Of a stretch of 64,000 nucleotides of DNA, positions 1 through 13,419 are shown piece after piece. The stretch's first letter is position 1. Each line of letters opens with the position of its first letter. Location: contig NC_058368.1 in NCBI RefSeq assembly GCF_018350175.1, forward strand, positions 134,418,001-134,482,000, in the 5' to 3' direction. The translations under genes were made by a program, and so were the position numbers. The DNA is from Felis catus. Lineage: Eukaryota. The notes under the pieces were generated by a model. It made no database searches. It was not told where the DNA came from and was given only the letters and a program-made list of their open reading frames with translations.

Positions 1-588
1 GATTATGTCCACGTTAAAGGACTTTAGTTTTGATAGCAAAAGGAAAACATGGAATTTCTTCATTGTGAAGCCATTTCACCTAAGACCTCAGAAGATTTCA
101 GAGGGGAAAGGCATGAACTAAATCAGAATAGTGCTTACTCCCATTACCAAATGGATAGTTTATACACGGATACACTCATTTAAATGAAATTTCCAAATGT
201 AACCCACTGCCTTAGGCATAGCTAAAATTATTCACATTAACCCTTGCATTAGAAAACAAATTCTCATGATTAAATAGCCTAAAGACTTTGGCACTGCTCC
301 AAATTTTTGTCAACCTGTAAATTATATTATGGGAATGTAACTTTCTGGATGGCCACTTCTGCTCCAGAAACCATGTCCAGGTTGATTTCATTCGAGCCTA
401 GCGGGAGAATCAAGAGATCTTAACTAGGAAGATGGCTTCCTGTGACCTTGAAGATTTCTACTCTTCCACAGATTTTGTCTCATGCAAATGTCCTGGGGAT
501 TAGACAAACTAAACAGCAGATATGCTTTAGTTTACTTATAGAATTTTGTTTCTCTGTGCTATAAAATATAGAAATAATTTTAAAGCTT

Positions 589-608
589 GGGGGAAAGGGA
601 GGGTGGGG
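589..608 (+). other. Potential G-quadruplex motif
   Basis: GGGGG-AAA-GGG-A-GGG-T-GGGG: four G-runs with 1-3 nt loops. Confidence 0.55.
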
Positions 609-964
609 AAGAAAAAGAAAAGCAAATATCCACAAAGCTTTGGGCTCTAGATCCATATTGGAGCTACCAAAACACTAGAGAATTGTACTCTGGGCTTACC
701 TCTTGAGTTCTGTGGTTCAGAGGTCAGGATTAGGCTGTTGATTCCTTATTCCTTCTGGAGCAAAAGTTCTTTTCCAGTCATATTTGATCACTTTTATTCC
801 ATTGTGGGCACAGATTCTCTGGAATAGCCAATTGAACAGTAACAGAAACAGAACAGACTCCATTAGCCTTTATATAACATTTCTGCTTCATTCTCTTTAG
901 TCTTTTTTTTTTAGGTGAGGGAATTAGAAACTATTTAGAATAAAAAGAAATGTTTTTGCTTTAT

Positions 965-1075
965 TGGACGTATGAAGAAACTGAGGTCCAGAGAAATGAA
1001 GTTGTTTATTTGAGTGACAGCTCAAGACTTTTGATTCTCAGACCTAGCTCCTCCTCCCGACCAACACTGTCTCTC
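965..1075 (-). mobile_element. MIR SINE fragment
   Basis: TATGAAGAAACTGAGGTCCAGAGAAATGAAG resembles the MIR core (ATGAGGAAACTGAGGCNCAGAGA). Confidence 0.6.
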
Positions 1076-1114
1076 TCCAGGACTTTGATGTAGTGTTCCA
1101 CACTATCAATACAT

Positions 1115-2240
1115 CACCATTTGATCTGATAAGTATTTGGTTTGTTTCCCGTTCAGGGCAATGAGTATTTCTGTAGAAGTCTTTGTACGATTTATGCTTT
1201 CGTTTATCTTGTAACTACCTTGGAGTGGGATGATGCATGTTTAGCTTTTTAAGACATTTTCAAACTGTATCTCCAAATGGTTGCACCATTTTACATTCCC
1301 AGCAACCCTGCACGAGAACTCCCAGCTTCTCAAATTCTCACCAATGCTTAGGATGCTCAGATATTTTAATTTTAGCCATTTTAATAGGTGTATCTCATTG
1401 TGGTTTTAATTTGCGTTTTTCTTATAACTAATGAAGCTGAACATGTTTTCATGTGCTTATTTGCCATCTGTGTATCTTCTCTAATGTAGTATCTGGTCAT
1501 ATTTTTTGCTCAATTTTTACAAAACTAGGTAGTTTTTCCTCTCATTGGATTTTCAGAGTTCTTTATATAATCTAGGTATAAACCCTCTATCAAATAAATG
1601 ATTTGAAATATTTTCTTCCAATCTATCTCTTAATTTTAATTTCTTGAGAGTATCTATCAAAAAGCTCAAATTTTTACATTTCCTAAAGTCTAATTTATCA
1701 ATCTTTAATATTATGGATCACACTTTTGGTGTCAGCGCTAAGAAATCTTTGACCAATCCAAAGATCACAAAGATTTCCTCCTGTGTTTTCTTCTGTAAAT
1801 GTCTTTTTTATTATTTGGTTTTACATTTACCCTGTTTTGCTTTGAGTTATTTTTTTGTATGAAACAAGATATGATTCAAGTTTCTTTCATTGTATATGGA
1901 TGTGCAGTTCTTCCAGCACCACTTGTTGAAAAAAAATATCCTTTCTCCATTGAATTTACCTTTGCACCTTTGGTGAAATTTAGTTATCCATGTAGATGTG
2001 AGTCTATTTCTGGATTCCATTCTGTTACATTGATCCTATTTGTCTTTCTTTGCCTATGCTATCCTGTCTTGATTGATGAAGTTTTATGATAAATCTGAAA
2101 ATTAGGTAGTGTTATTCTCCAACGTTGTTCTTCTTTTTTAGAATTGTTTTGACTATGGTAGTAGGTCTTTTATATTTCCATATGAGTTTTAAAACCAGCT
2201 TGCCAGTGTCTAGATAAAAACAAAAGCCTGAAAATATTTG
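1115..2240 (-). mobile_element. Old LINE-1 (L1M-type) ORF2 3' region/3' UTR fragment
   Basis: Antisense L1 hallmarks: TTGCACCATTTTACATTCCCAGCAAC, TTTAGCCATT...GGTGTATCTCATTGTGGTTTTAATTTGC, TTCCAGCACCACTTGTTGAAAA; boundaries approximate. Confidence 0.85.
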
Positions 2241-4460
2241 GGTCTTATTTTTGTCCAGGCTGACAATTACTGCCTTATAATTAGGATGCTAGGAGCATTT
2301 CCATTAAATGTGATTACTGATGTGGTTAGGTATAATTCTATCATTGTGTCCCTTGTTTTATATTTATCCCATTCACTCTTTGTTCTCCTTTCCCTCTTTT
2401 CTCGATCCCTCCTCCCTTTTTGGGGGGAGGGTGCTCAACTGAATATTTTTCATGATTCCATTTTATCTCCTTTGTTGGTTTATTAGCTCTACTTCTTTGT
2501 TACCTTAGTGGTTGCTTTGTGTTTATAGTGTACATTGTTAACTTACAACCGTCTACCTTTCAGGGGTCTTAGGCCACTTCATACATATTTTGAGAAGGCT
2601 ACAATACTATACTTCACATTCCCTCTACTTAGCCTTGGTAGTATTGGTGTGTTTCAGTATCCTTTGTCTGTTATAAACCCAACAGGACCTTACTATTTTT
2701 GTTTGAACAGTCAGTTAACTATTAAAGTTATTTAAATCACAAATAAATAATCTTATATATGTACTCAGGTTGCTCCCATTCTGGTGCTCCTCATTCCTTT
2801 TGTGTAGATCCATATTTTCAGGGATTGTCAGTTTCCTTCTGCCTAGAGAATTTCCTTTTATATTTCTTGGAGTGTTGTTTCTGCTGGTGATGAAGTCTTT
2901 CAGCAATTTATGGTTGAAAAAGTCTTGTATGCCTTTAGTTTTGTTGGAAAGATATTTTCCCTGAGCACAGAATTTTAGCTTGACACTTTTTTCTTTGATA
3001 TGTTGGCCACTATCTTTTTGCATTGTTTCTTCTAAAAAAAATCCACTGTGTTTTTTGTTGTTATTGTTCTATATATAGCACATCTATTGTCCCTGGTTAC
3101 TTTAAAATGTTTCTCTTTATCACTATTTTTGAGCAATTTTATTATGGTGTGCCTTAGTGTAGTTGTGTGTGTGTGTGTGTGCGCGTGCATGCGCACCTAC
3201 ATGCTCTGGAGTTTGGCAGCTACTTGGATCTATAGGTTTATAGTTTATATCAAATTTGGGGGAAGGAATTCTACCATTATATCTTTAAATATTTTTCTGT
3301 TATGTCCTCTCTTTCAAGCATTTCAGTTATACATGTACTAGGCCATTTGGGGTTGTTCCACAGGTCACTGGTATTCTTTTCACTTTTTTGGATTATTTTA
3401 TTTTTGTGTTTAATTTTGAACAGTATCCATCACTGTCTTCAAGTCCACTGCTCTTTTCTTCTGCCATGTCTAATCTAAAGTTTATCCCATCCAGTTTGTT
3501 TTCTCATTTTGTACATTTTAGTTTTCATCTTCAAAAATTTCATCTGGATCTTTTTTATATTTCCATTCCCAACTTAATTTTTTGAGCATATGGGATACAG
3601 TCACAGTAAGTGTTTGCAAGTCCTTTGTCTGCTCATTCTGACATTTGTGCCAGCTATGGGTCAGTTTTGACTGAGTCGTCTCCTCATATTCTCCTTCCTT
3701 TTTCCATATCTGATAATTTTTTATTGGATGTTAAAGATTGTGTTCTACCTTTACCTTTGCATAGGTGTTGGATATTTTTGTGTTTTTATAAATATTCTTG
3801 TGTTTTATTCTAGGATACAGTAAGCTATTTGGAAACCTTTTGACCTTTTCAGGTCTTTCTTTTAAGATTTGTTATGTAGTACCAGAGCCACGATTAGTTT
3901 AGAGCTAATTATTCTCCACTATTGAGGCAAAACCCTTATTACTACTTTCCCAATTCCAGGTGGCTTACAAAGATGTCCCCTCTAGGTGTTGAGAATAGGC
4001 TCTGACTCTGTGTGAGCCATGGGTACCTTTCCCTCTCATCCTTCTGGGTGATTCTTTCCCCAGTGTCAATTACTTTTATCACATATGTGGGCTGATTTAT
4101 ACTCTTCTGAACTTGAAGGTGGACGCTGTGCAGTTCTCTAGAGTTCTCTTTCTATGTGACTCTTTCTTCTCTGTACTCTTTCTTATGAACTCCAGCTTCA
4201 TTGGTACCCCTAGACAGTCGCCTCTGTGTCTTCAACTACGGAATTCTGCTGGACTACACCTTGTTTTTCCTCTCTGCTCCAGAATCAGGAAACTTTCTGA
4301 AGGTAGTAAGCTGGGACAATCAGAGGTCTCACTTCATTTGTTTCTCATATCCCGGGGTCTCTATCCTTTGCTATCTAATATCCAGCGTCTTGAAAACCAG
4401 TGCTTCTTCATATATTTTGTCTGCTCTTTTATTTCTGTGAGGCAAGAGGGAACACCTTGT
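2241..4460 (-). mobile_element. Old LINE-1 (L1MD/L1ME-like) ORF1 and flanking region, degraded
   Basis: Minus-strand ORF 2715-3023 (KGIQDFFNHKLLKDFITSRNNTPRNIKGNSLGRRK) resembles a decayed L1 ORF1p C-terminus; T-rich antisense L1 texture throughout. Confidence 0.7.
3165..3196. repeat. (TG)n plus GCGCGTGCATGCGCAC alternating purine-pyrimidine tract
   Basis: Direct reading. Confidence 0.85.
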
Positions 4461-4519
4461 CCCCCAAAGGACATTTTGTGATGGAAGAATGAAAGTCCTA
4501 GAATAGCATTTAATCAAGG

Positions 4520-4640
4520 TTTAGCTCCATTTTCCAGATATAAAAAATCAAGGCTCAGAGAGAATAGATAACTTAATACCACAAATCTGGTAAGAGTTCT
4601 AGCCAGGATTTGGAATCAGCTTGTCTGACTTCAGAGGCTT
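4520..4640 (-). mobile_element. MIR SINE fragment
   Basis: CTCCATTTTCCAGATA...AAGGCTCAGAGAG...AGCCAGGATTTGGAATCAGCTTGTCTGACTTCAGAG. Confidence 0.7.
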
Positions 4641-6129
4641 GGGTATTGAAAATCCAGGCATGATAGAGAAATCATAATGGAGACTTAACTGCCCCATGTT
4701 TTTAACCGGAGGACCTCACTCATTCTGTAACCACACCAGCTAACATAGCATTTCCTGTAGGACTTTGGGTGACTTTTCAATACCGAGCCCCCTGCAGGGG
4801 TTCATGACTTTAACTAATTTTCATATGTATTACTCTACAATGCATGACACCCTTTCTTAACTGACCTTTTAAAAGTAAATACTCCACTATGCCTGTATAA
4901 AGAGCATTATTTTGTCGTATCATTTCACACTTCTCTTCGCTTTCCCAATGTACAAAGAGTGAATGTGACCAGAGGAAACTGACCATCTGCAACATAACAC
5001 ATGGCTCCTTTTTTCACGATGACTGGGAGACCGCAGCTCTTTCTCCAGATTTCAGAGAAAACAATGTTTTAATGCAGCCACTCAGAATCATGTGCACAAA
5101 CATACTGGCTGCAAATAATCTTGGTCCCTTAGCCCCTGCAGCAAAGGCAAAAGTGAAGTTTCTCCAAACATTCACTTCTTCTTTCTAACCCTAGGGTTTT
5201 ATTATTTTACTGAAATCTATAAAAGTTCATATATCTCCCGAAAATCCTAGCATTGTCTTTAATTCATGTTTATTCAAAAGTGTGAACACTGTTGGGGGTC
5301 TTTCTCATAGATAAGTCATATAAATTACATAGCTGAATTAAAATGAGCCTTGAGTGAGTCGGTGGCCTCTCTCCTTTTGATTATTCCACTCAGTAGGCTT
5401 TAGTATCTTTGAGAAATGAGCGAGACTTAGGAGAAGTGCCGGTAGGGAACATCGGAGGGTAGAGGCTGTACATAACTAACAGAGCTGTGAACTGTCAGCA
5501 TACTTATGAGGTTACCACAGATACTACCTCAGTTTAAAAGGCAGCCTTGAAGATATTCCTTATTTATATGAAAACAATTGAATATGTATTGTGAACTACT
5601 TAGAGGAGGAATTGAATGAAACTCAGTTTGGAAAATGACTGAATGAGGCTTCTTCCTTGCTCCGTGACTTCTCAAACATCTTAACTTGTATCTGTAAAAG
5701 TTTTGGAGGCTTGCTTTTTTGGGGAATCTGCCTGGAAAGTTCTTTCATCTCATTGACAAGCTGAGAAATTTCTTCTTGGTTTGGCTTCATTGTGTATTCT
5801 TTCATTTTGTACATTGTTGTCATTTTGAAAGACACTGGGCTGCTCTTGGATGCATTCGTGAGGAGGAATCATTTAAATAATTTCCTAAGAAAGAAATACA
5901 TGTACCTATTAGACTTTCAGGTTCAGAGAAGATAAATAACTCAATTTTAAATTCACTGGTGTAGACCCAGTGGCTCCCATCAACACTAGGATTCATCTTT
6001 TAGAGCACTGGCCTGCTGCGTGACTTGGGATAGTTCTCTCTGCTGGATTAATTCCAGGGATTTGAATACACAGGTCAGTGAATATGAAAAAAACCTCTTT
6101 CGGTTCTAAAAATAATGATATCTTTCATT

Positions 6130-6960
6130 TGCCTGTGGTATTATACATTTGAAAACATAAATCCACATTCCTAAAAGAGTTTACATTCCAGCCAGGGAAA
6201 CAAAAGGCAAATGCATAGAATAATTAAGTGTTGAACTGGATGGTGTGGGTTGTATTGGCAGTAAGAAATGAGGAGAGGAGAGCCTGGGTAGCTCAGCCCT
6301 TTAAGCAAGCATCTGACTCTTGATTTTGGCTCAGGTCATGATCCTGCAGTCCATGAGATCAAGCCCGTGTTGGGCTCTACACTGACAGCATGGAGCTTGG
6401 GATTCTCTGTCTCTATGTCTCTCTCTCTCTCTCTCTCTGCTTGTCCCCCACTTGTGATCTCTTTCTCTCTCAAAAATAAATAAACATTTTTTAAAAATGA
6501 GGAGAAACATCTGTATTGTCTAGAGTAGTTGAGGAAAGCTTTATGTGGGAGACAGAACTTGCTGGGTAGACAGAGATGAGGAGAGTTTTTACTAATGATG
6601 AGAAACAGCACCCGCAAAGGTGAAGAGTTAGAAATAGGAATAGAATACATGAAAGGAAGTAAGCTGTTAAGGAAATCTTTCGGGGACCCCTGGGAATAAA
6701 GGTGTTATCAGTTGATAAATAGTCTGGAAGGCCAAACAGAAGAATTTATAACTTCATTCCAAAGATAGCAGGACACCAGTGTAGATTTTTGAGTAGATGA
6801 CAACTGTGAGTGTACTGTCGGGAAGATTAGCCGGGCCTCGTATGCAAGGTAGGTGAGGGAGAAGATGAAATGATAGAGGCCAGCTTGAGCCTAGTGGAGC
6901 TGCTCAAATTAGGAGAATTATATCAAGTACTTGAGAAAAGCAAAAGAGATAGAAAAGAAT
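6130..6960 (-). mobile_element. L2 LINE remnant interrupted by a Can-SINE
   Basis: Degenerate L2-like motifs (GAGGAAAGCTTTATG, GATTTTTGAGTAGATGACA); boundaries uncertain. Confidence 0.45.
6277..6494 (+). mobile_element. Can-SINE
   Basis: GCCTGGGTAGCTCAG head, (CT)n, AATAAA tail; TSD AAATGAGGAGA at 6266-6276 and 6495-6505. Confidence 0.95.
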
Positions 6961-7777
6961 AGTTAATATTCTGAAAGAAGAAATAAAGACGTTTGATTGT
7001 CCGATCTTATAGTGCTCTCCATCACCCCAACAGAAGATTTCAGACAGATACTACAGGACAGAGATGTGTATCTTCCCAGTTTTCACCTCACCTTATGTAG
7101 ATATTTGGCCACTCAACCGTTTTGGATGCCAGCTCTATGATTAGCTGAACTTTCTCTAAGAATGGATAGAGTGTGGTATGGTCTTTAAATGCATGAGACT
7201 TAGAACAATGGTACTTTTTTCCTTTCTGAGAATAGAGTGAATATTTTAAAAGGTAAGAAACTAGAAACATTAATGGAAAAATGAAAAAAAAAATTTTACA
7301 GGAAAGAAAGGAAAACCATTGAAGTCAGGAACTATAAAGGAAAAGAGAAAAGAGGAGGACAAGAAGGAGACTGCCCAGCTCCTGAAGGTTTGAATTGCCT
7401 TGGCTAAGATCCAGTCCCCAGGTAACATCTCTTGTCTACCAGAAGAGTGATAGAATTCTAGAGCTTAGAAACCGCCCCCCTCCTTTTGGTTCTTGAGAAA
7501 ATTAATGGCCAAAGAAGTCAAGTGGCTTGCTCAAAATTAGATGGCTAATGAATATTGTGGACAGGATGAGAACACAGGTCTGTACCTCCTGCTTCAGGTC
7601 TCTATTCCAGCCTCACACTTCCTTTCCTGGAAAGGATTTAGAGATTTATTCCACACAGTGTTAGTATTGCCTACTTTACACAACTACTTTTTGGTTACTC
7701 AATTAAGCTGTCTTGTTCCATTTTTGTTCCAGTTGTGAAGGATACAGGACATATAAACTATAAAAGAAAAGGTGCTT

Positions 7778-7952
7778 GGGGCACCTGAGTAGCTCAGTGT
7801 GTTGAACATCCAACTCTTGATTTTGGCTCCAGTCATAATCCCAGCATCATGGGATCAAGCCCCGCTTAAAGCTCTGCCCTGAGTGTGGAGCCTGCTTGGG
7901 ATTCTTTCTCTCCCTCTCTCTCTCTCTCCCCACCTCTCTCTCTCTCAAAGAA
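7778..7952 (+). mobile_element. Can-SINE
   Basis: GGGGCACCTGAGTAGCTCAG head, (CT)n and A tail; TSD AAAAGA(A/G)AAGGTGCT. Confidence 0.93.
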
Positions 7953-8034
7953 AAAAGAGAAGGTGCTATAATATGAGGAAAAAACTTTTAAAGGAATGTA
8001 ACAAAGAATGAGAAATAATAAACTAAAAATAAAA

Positions 8035-8203
8035 GCATTACCAAAACAATCTTGAAACACATACACACACACACACACAAAACATTGGAGCTCTTGTGTT
8101 TCCTGGTTTCAAAACTTATTACAAAGCTACAGGAATCAAAACGGTGTGGTACTGGCATAAAGACAGACATATAGACCAATGGATAGCATAGAGAGTCCAG
8201 AAT
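8035..8203 (+). mobile_element. LINE-1 ORF2 fragment (sense) containing a (CA)n insertion
   Basis: Encodes [28 protein letters not shown], the conserved L1 ORF2p motif. Confidence 0.9.
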
Positions 8204-8353
8204 GGGGTCTTTTGTGACTCCATACAAATTTTAGGATTGTTTGTTTTAGCTTTGAGAAGAATGCCGGTGCAATTTTGATTGGGATTGCTTTGAATGTGTG
8301 GATTGCTTTGGGTAGTATTGACATTTGAATAATATTTATTCTTCTTATCCATT
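8204..8353 (-). mobile_element. LINE-1 ORF2 fragment (antisense), carnivore-type
   Basis: Minus ORF reads MSILPKAIHTFKAIPIKIAPAFFSKLKQTILKFVWSHKRP, an L1 ORF2p motif. Confidence 0.9.
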
Positions 8354-8712
8354 GGATAATTGTCTAATTTACTCTTCACATTAGCTATATAGCTAGAGAC
8401 AGAGTTTAAACCTCTCACAGCAAATGGGTTTGAGAATTGCAATTTTTGTTCATTATCCTTGTTGCAATAAGCAGCTATATCACTAAAGTTAGATTTATCT
8501 CTCTATTTTTTTTAATAGAATGTCTTTTCCCCATTAATAAATATTCTTGGCTTCTTTGTCAAATATTAGTTAATGGTATATTCTTTTTTATTTTTACTTT
8601 ATTTTCATTCCAGTATAGTTAAGATACAGTGTTGGATTAGTTTCAGGTATGCAGCATAGTAATTCTACAATTCCACATATTATTCAGTGCTCATTAAGAT
8701 AAGTGTAGTCTT

Positions 8713-8910
8713 TTTTAATTCTTTAAAAATGTTTATTTATTTTTGAGAGAGACAGAGCATGAGTAGGGGAGGGATAGAGAGAGACGAAGACAGTATGCAA
8801 AGCAGGCTCCAGGCTCTGACCTGTCATCATGGAGCTCGAGCTCATGAACTGCAAGATCATGACCTGAGTGGAAGTCAGATGCTTACCCAACTGAGCCATC
8901 CGGGTGCCCC
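8713..8910 (-). mobile_element. Can-SINE inserted in L1
   Basis: Ends CTGAGCCATCCGGGTGCCCC; TSD ATAAGTGTA(G/C)TCTT at 8699-8712 and 8915-8928. Confidence 0.93.
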
Positions 8911-9185
8911 CAAAATAAGTGTACTCTTAATCCCCTGCACCTATTTTACCTGCACCCATCTCCCTTCTGGTAATTATATGTTCTCTATAGTTAAGAGTCT
9001 GTTTTTTGGTTTGCCTTTTTATTTCCTTTGTTCATTTGTTTTGTTTCTTAAATTCCACATATGAGTGAAAGCATATGGTATTTGTCTTTCTCTGACTGGC
9101 TTATTTCACTTTGCATTATACTCTCTATCTCCATCCACGGTGTTGCAAACAGCACAATTTTATTTGTTTTTATGGCTGAATAATA

Positions 9186-9190
<5 letters not shown>

Positions 9191-9230
<40 letters not shown>
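9191..9230. repeat. (GT)20 microsatellite
   Basis: Direct reading. Confidence 0.97.
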
Positions 9231-9234
<4 letters not shown>

Positions 9235-10127
9235 ATCACATCATCTTTCTCATCTGTTGTTAGATGCTTGGGCTGCTTCCATAATTTGGCTGTTGTGTAT
9301 AATGGTGCAGTAAACAATTCTTTATATTCCTTCCTGGTGAACAAGGATTCTATCATACACCAAGGATAAAGACACTTTTCTCAAGATGTTGTGACATAAT
9401 CACGTACTCTGTCACCATTGTGTGCATGAAACAGAAGCTGCCCTATAACATTTCCCCCATAATCTTAGCCCTACCTCACCAGTAGCATCCTTTCAATTCA
9501 GGACATGAATAAGAAAATTTAAACTTGCTGGAGTAATTATTCTCCAGTGCCTCCTGGAAGGAGTATGGAAGGCATTCTCTAACATGGTGCTAACCTTTTG
9601 CCTCTGTGTAAAAAGTGAACCTGGATTCATTGGCCCAAAATATAGAAGACACTTGGCCAAGGCATTACAAAAAGAATAAGATTTCAATTTTGATGGAGCT
9701 TACAATGTAGAGATAAAGAAAGCACAGAAAATTACACATATATACTCTTGTATATACATATTCTTTAACATATATAATCTTTATATATATTTATATATTG
9801 TTTCCATTAAGATATATATACAAACATTAAAAATATTAGTATGTGTATTCATACACATACACACCCTTTTCAAGATGGATATTGTATTATTGTATTATTA
9901 TATTATTGTATTGTAATATTGTATTATTGTCAACCTTCACAAACTAATAATTTGATTTAAAATTTAAACAGTGTTCTTTTTTTAACCTGATAATAGTTTT
10001 CTAAATTTACCTGAAAATGAAAGGAAACATTCAAGAAGGTTTATTGTTTTTCAAAAGCATTGAAATTTAAGCGGAGACATATTCTATTAGGTGCTTCAGA
10101 ATTAAGTTTGTATCTTATTTTTTCATT

Positions 10128-10460
10128 TGAGAATCTTCCTAAGTTAACATCAGACACCAAATCACAGATCCAGAAAGCTCCCAAAACACCGTACAGGATT
10201 AATGCCAAAGAACTCTATCCAGGCATCTCATATTCAAACTGCAGAAAATCAAAGACAAAGGAACAATTTTTGAAGAAACACCTTACCTATACGCGAACAA
10301 AATAAGCATCACATCTGATTTCTACTCAAAAGCCCTGCAAGCTAGAGGGGAGTAAAATATTCAGTGTTGGGAGAGAAAAAATTACCAACCTAGAATTCTG
10401 TATCCTGAGGAATTACCTTCCACAGGGAAAGAGATGTCTCAGGCAAATAAAAATGAAGCC
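10128..10460 (+). mobile_element. Old LINE-1 ORF1 fragment
   Basis: ENLPKLTSDTKSQIQKAPKTPYRINAK resembles ORF1p ENFPNL...QIQEAQRTP.RIN; CCAACCTAGAATTCTGTATCC is the PRILYP region. Confidence 0.8.
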
Positions 10461-11649
10461 CTGTGATGGGAGCTCCCACTTCCCACAGCAGGGTTGCAGC
10501 CTCCTGTGAAAGGTTCTCAATGTGTTCACCAACTCAGGAGTAAAACCAGGGCACCCAGAAAACCTTTCCCGGAAGGAGGAACAACCCATTTGACTGAAGA
10601 GCTCAAGGAAGGGAAATGAAATGTTACACGAAAGCAATATTCAGAGGTTATGGCCATTGAGTTTGGTTTGTTGTTTAGAGGTGTGTAGTACAAAGTACAC
10701 GCACAAAATCTCTGACATGATGGCTTTTGTCGCATTGTGATGGAAAGCCCTTATACAGAACCAGGAAATTGTTTGGGGGCTGAAATTCACCTGCCCTAAG
10801 TGGGGCCAGGCTTACTTGCTATCTGTTCACTGTTCTGTCCCTTTGCCTTCATCTTAACCGATCTCCCCCTCCAACTTCTTGAAGTATGCAGTGGGTAGCC
10901 CTGTTCGTTCTCCTACTTTTAGCCAGAATCTTTAATCAGCCATGCACATTTTAATGTGAACAATCAGACAAGGTGTTCATTCATTCACAGCAAAACTGAG
11001 TCCCTCTCCCGTGCTTAAACTGAAATGTAGGAGACCATGCTTTATTTCCAGTTTGCAGGTGGGAATCTTGGGGAAGGGGCAGAAGTCTTTCCATGGGCCC
11101 TTGAAATTACAGCTTGGCATAGCCTGGCCCTGACAATCAATGCTTAGGTATCTGTAAGGCAATGAATGGTCTCTCTGTATCAGAACAAATTTCCGTCAGG
11201 AAGTTCCATGTTTCTGCAAAGGACAAGCAAGTCTGGTGGCCCTCCAGCACTGCTTGTTCTTTGTAGAACTGAATCACTCACAACAGAGTTTCCATAGCAA
11301 ACAGGTCAGAGACCTCACTTTGAGGTTTACACTGGGGGAAAGACAGCATTCCAGAGCACGTTATTGCTGACTATAAAGGACTGTAAGGTGAAAGTCAGCA
11401 GTCTCAAGGCTGTCTCTCTAACAGCTCGGGGCACAGGGAAACAATTTCATTCCACAGTGACCCTCACACCTGTGTTTACAGTCACGCAAGCTGGGCTTGG
11501 GCCGCAGAAGAAGTTTGTCAGAGTTTACTCTAGTGGTGTTGGTGTGTTTGTGTTGCTTTGCTTTGCTAACTAGTCTAATCCTTTGAAAAAAAAATCAGAA
11601 AGGAAAGGATGGGCTACATAAAAGTGAGGATCTAATGATAAGGCTGATA

Positions 11650-11850
11650 ATGATGAAGGTGATGCTAGCCCTATCTAGCACTCACAACGTAGCAGATTTC
11701 TGCTTCTGTGTTGACACATTACAACTCCCAATGGTTCTCTTAACAAACCTATCAAGTAGGTAATATTATCATCTCTAACTTGCAAATGAGGAAATTGACT
11801 TAGAAAAGAAAAGTTCATAGTACCCAATCACAGTAAGTACGTAGCTAGTA
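11650..11850 (-). mobile_element. MIR SINE
   Basis: TCTCTTAACAAACCTATCAAGTAGGTAATATTATCATCTCTAACTTGCAAATGAGGAAATTGAC. Confidence 0.7.
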
Positions 11851-11869
11851 GGTTATATACATAAAAATT

Positions 11870-13170
11870 AGTTTCTCACTCACAGCACATGGCCAACATA
11901 AATTGTAAGCAATTTAAAGAGTTACGTGTACAACATGAAATCAGGCAAAATAATTAGAAGAGAGTTTTTAAAAATATTTATACTGTTTTTGATTATGTGA
12001 TATGTTTTCTAGGCATGAATACAGGTAGAAGAAATCACAGACATATCTAAAGACCTATTTCTAATTTCTAAGTATCTAAAAGCACATACTGTTAGGAAGC
12101 AAAATATTTTTTTAAAGCCAAAAATATTCTTAATAGTTAATGCCATCAATATTTAATGTGTTCATACTTCAATAAGAGAAACAGCAATACCCTGAAAGGT
12201 AAATGGTCAAAGAATAGGAACAGACAATTCATGACAGAAAAACTAAGCATTACTAGTACTATATGAAAAAGAATAATCATACTATCGTGAAGTTACTACT
12301 CTGAGCCAATAATTATACTAAATACTTTCATTATCTTATTAAATATTTAAAATAACTGGGTATGATACATGCCCAAGGTCTCAAAGCCAGTAGGTAATGA
12401 GACTGGGCACCAAAGTCTGACCAACTCCAAATTCATTATTTAACCATAAAGCTGTACTTCCGTCAGTGGTAGGCTGATGCCAGCTCATTCCCACTCCCTG
12501 GAGTTGACAGAATATGCCTCTTCCCAGCTCCCTATTTAGTAATGTCACGTTGGTAGCTTGATGGGAATATTACACCACAGAAATTGGCATGTGCTACAAA
12601 CACCACGCCCCCCAGTAAAAACTATTTGTTAAATATTTCCCAGCCCACAACTTACTGTCTCCATAAAACAACCTAGAATAGTGTTCCAGGACCTGAACAT
12701 AGGAACTTTATCAGAGCACAAGTAGTACTGCTGAACCATTTTCCCAAATGTCAACCTTATTACTCAAAGAATGAACCTAAAATGAGTTAGAATACCATGT
12801 TTGTCTACAACTTAGCAAATACTAAAAAAGAACAATGGTAAATTAAATTGAGACGCCAAAGGCATGTAAATTAGTTCAGCCTTTCTGGAAAAGTATCTGG
12901 TACTATGTATCAGGATTCCTTAAGAAGTTCATCTATTTCAGTGTCATAATCCGATTACTAAAAACCTGGAGGAAATGATCAGTGATGTATTCAGTGACCT
13001 GTTTGTAAGGGTATTCATTTCAGCACTGCTTAGAGTAAAAACTTGGAAACAACTTAAATAGTAGGATGATGGTTCAGCTCTGTACGCAACAGTCACACGA
13101 TGAAATGTAATGCATTGATTAAAAATTATTTTCAAGTTCAAAAACATTGTAAAACTACATACAAAACGAT
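11870..13170 (+). mobile_element. Very old LINE-1 (L1ME-like) 3' fragments, interrupted by MIR and MER63
   Basis: AAATGGTCAAAGAATAGGAACAGACAATTCA, GTAAATTAGTTCAGCCTTTCTGGAAAAG, AAAAACTTGGAAACAACTTAAAT. Confidence 0.6.
12464..12652. mobile_element. MER63A-like hAT DNA transposon fossil
   Basis: CAGTGGTAGGCTG...ATGTCACGTTGGTAGCTTGA...TACACCACAGAAATTGGCA...TTGTTAAATATTTCCCAGC. Confidence 0.75.
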
Positions 13171-13419
13171 CCTTACATTACTCAAAATACTTATTTCTGT
13201 ATATATGTAATATATACATGATTCAGATACATAGTCAGGTCTTTTTTATGTACCTCAGGAAAGTTTTGCACGTTTCTTCATATAAATCCTACATGTATTT
13301 GATATATGTCTGTGTGTCTATATATATATTCTGTACACATATAATGCATATGTTACATATAATGTATATTAGGATATAGTTTTGCATATACATATATACC
13401 AAGATATATTTTTTAAAAC

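Larger units (their letters stand above)
8590..9320 (-). mobile_element. Carnivore LINE-1 3' end, interrupted by a SINE and (GT)20
   Basis: AATTCCACATATGAGTGAAAGCATATGGTATTTGTCTTTCTCTGACTGGCTTATTTCACTT; minus ORF has PWMEIESIMQSEISQSEKDKYHMLSLICG (ORF2p C-terminus). Confidence 0.92.

Noticed and set aside
5623..5835. Lys/Glu-rich ORF with a coiled-coil look
   Set aside because: Short, no splice context, no recognised homology; explained by A-rich strand composition
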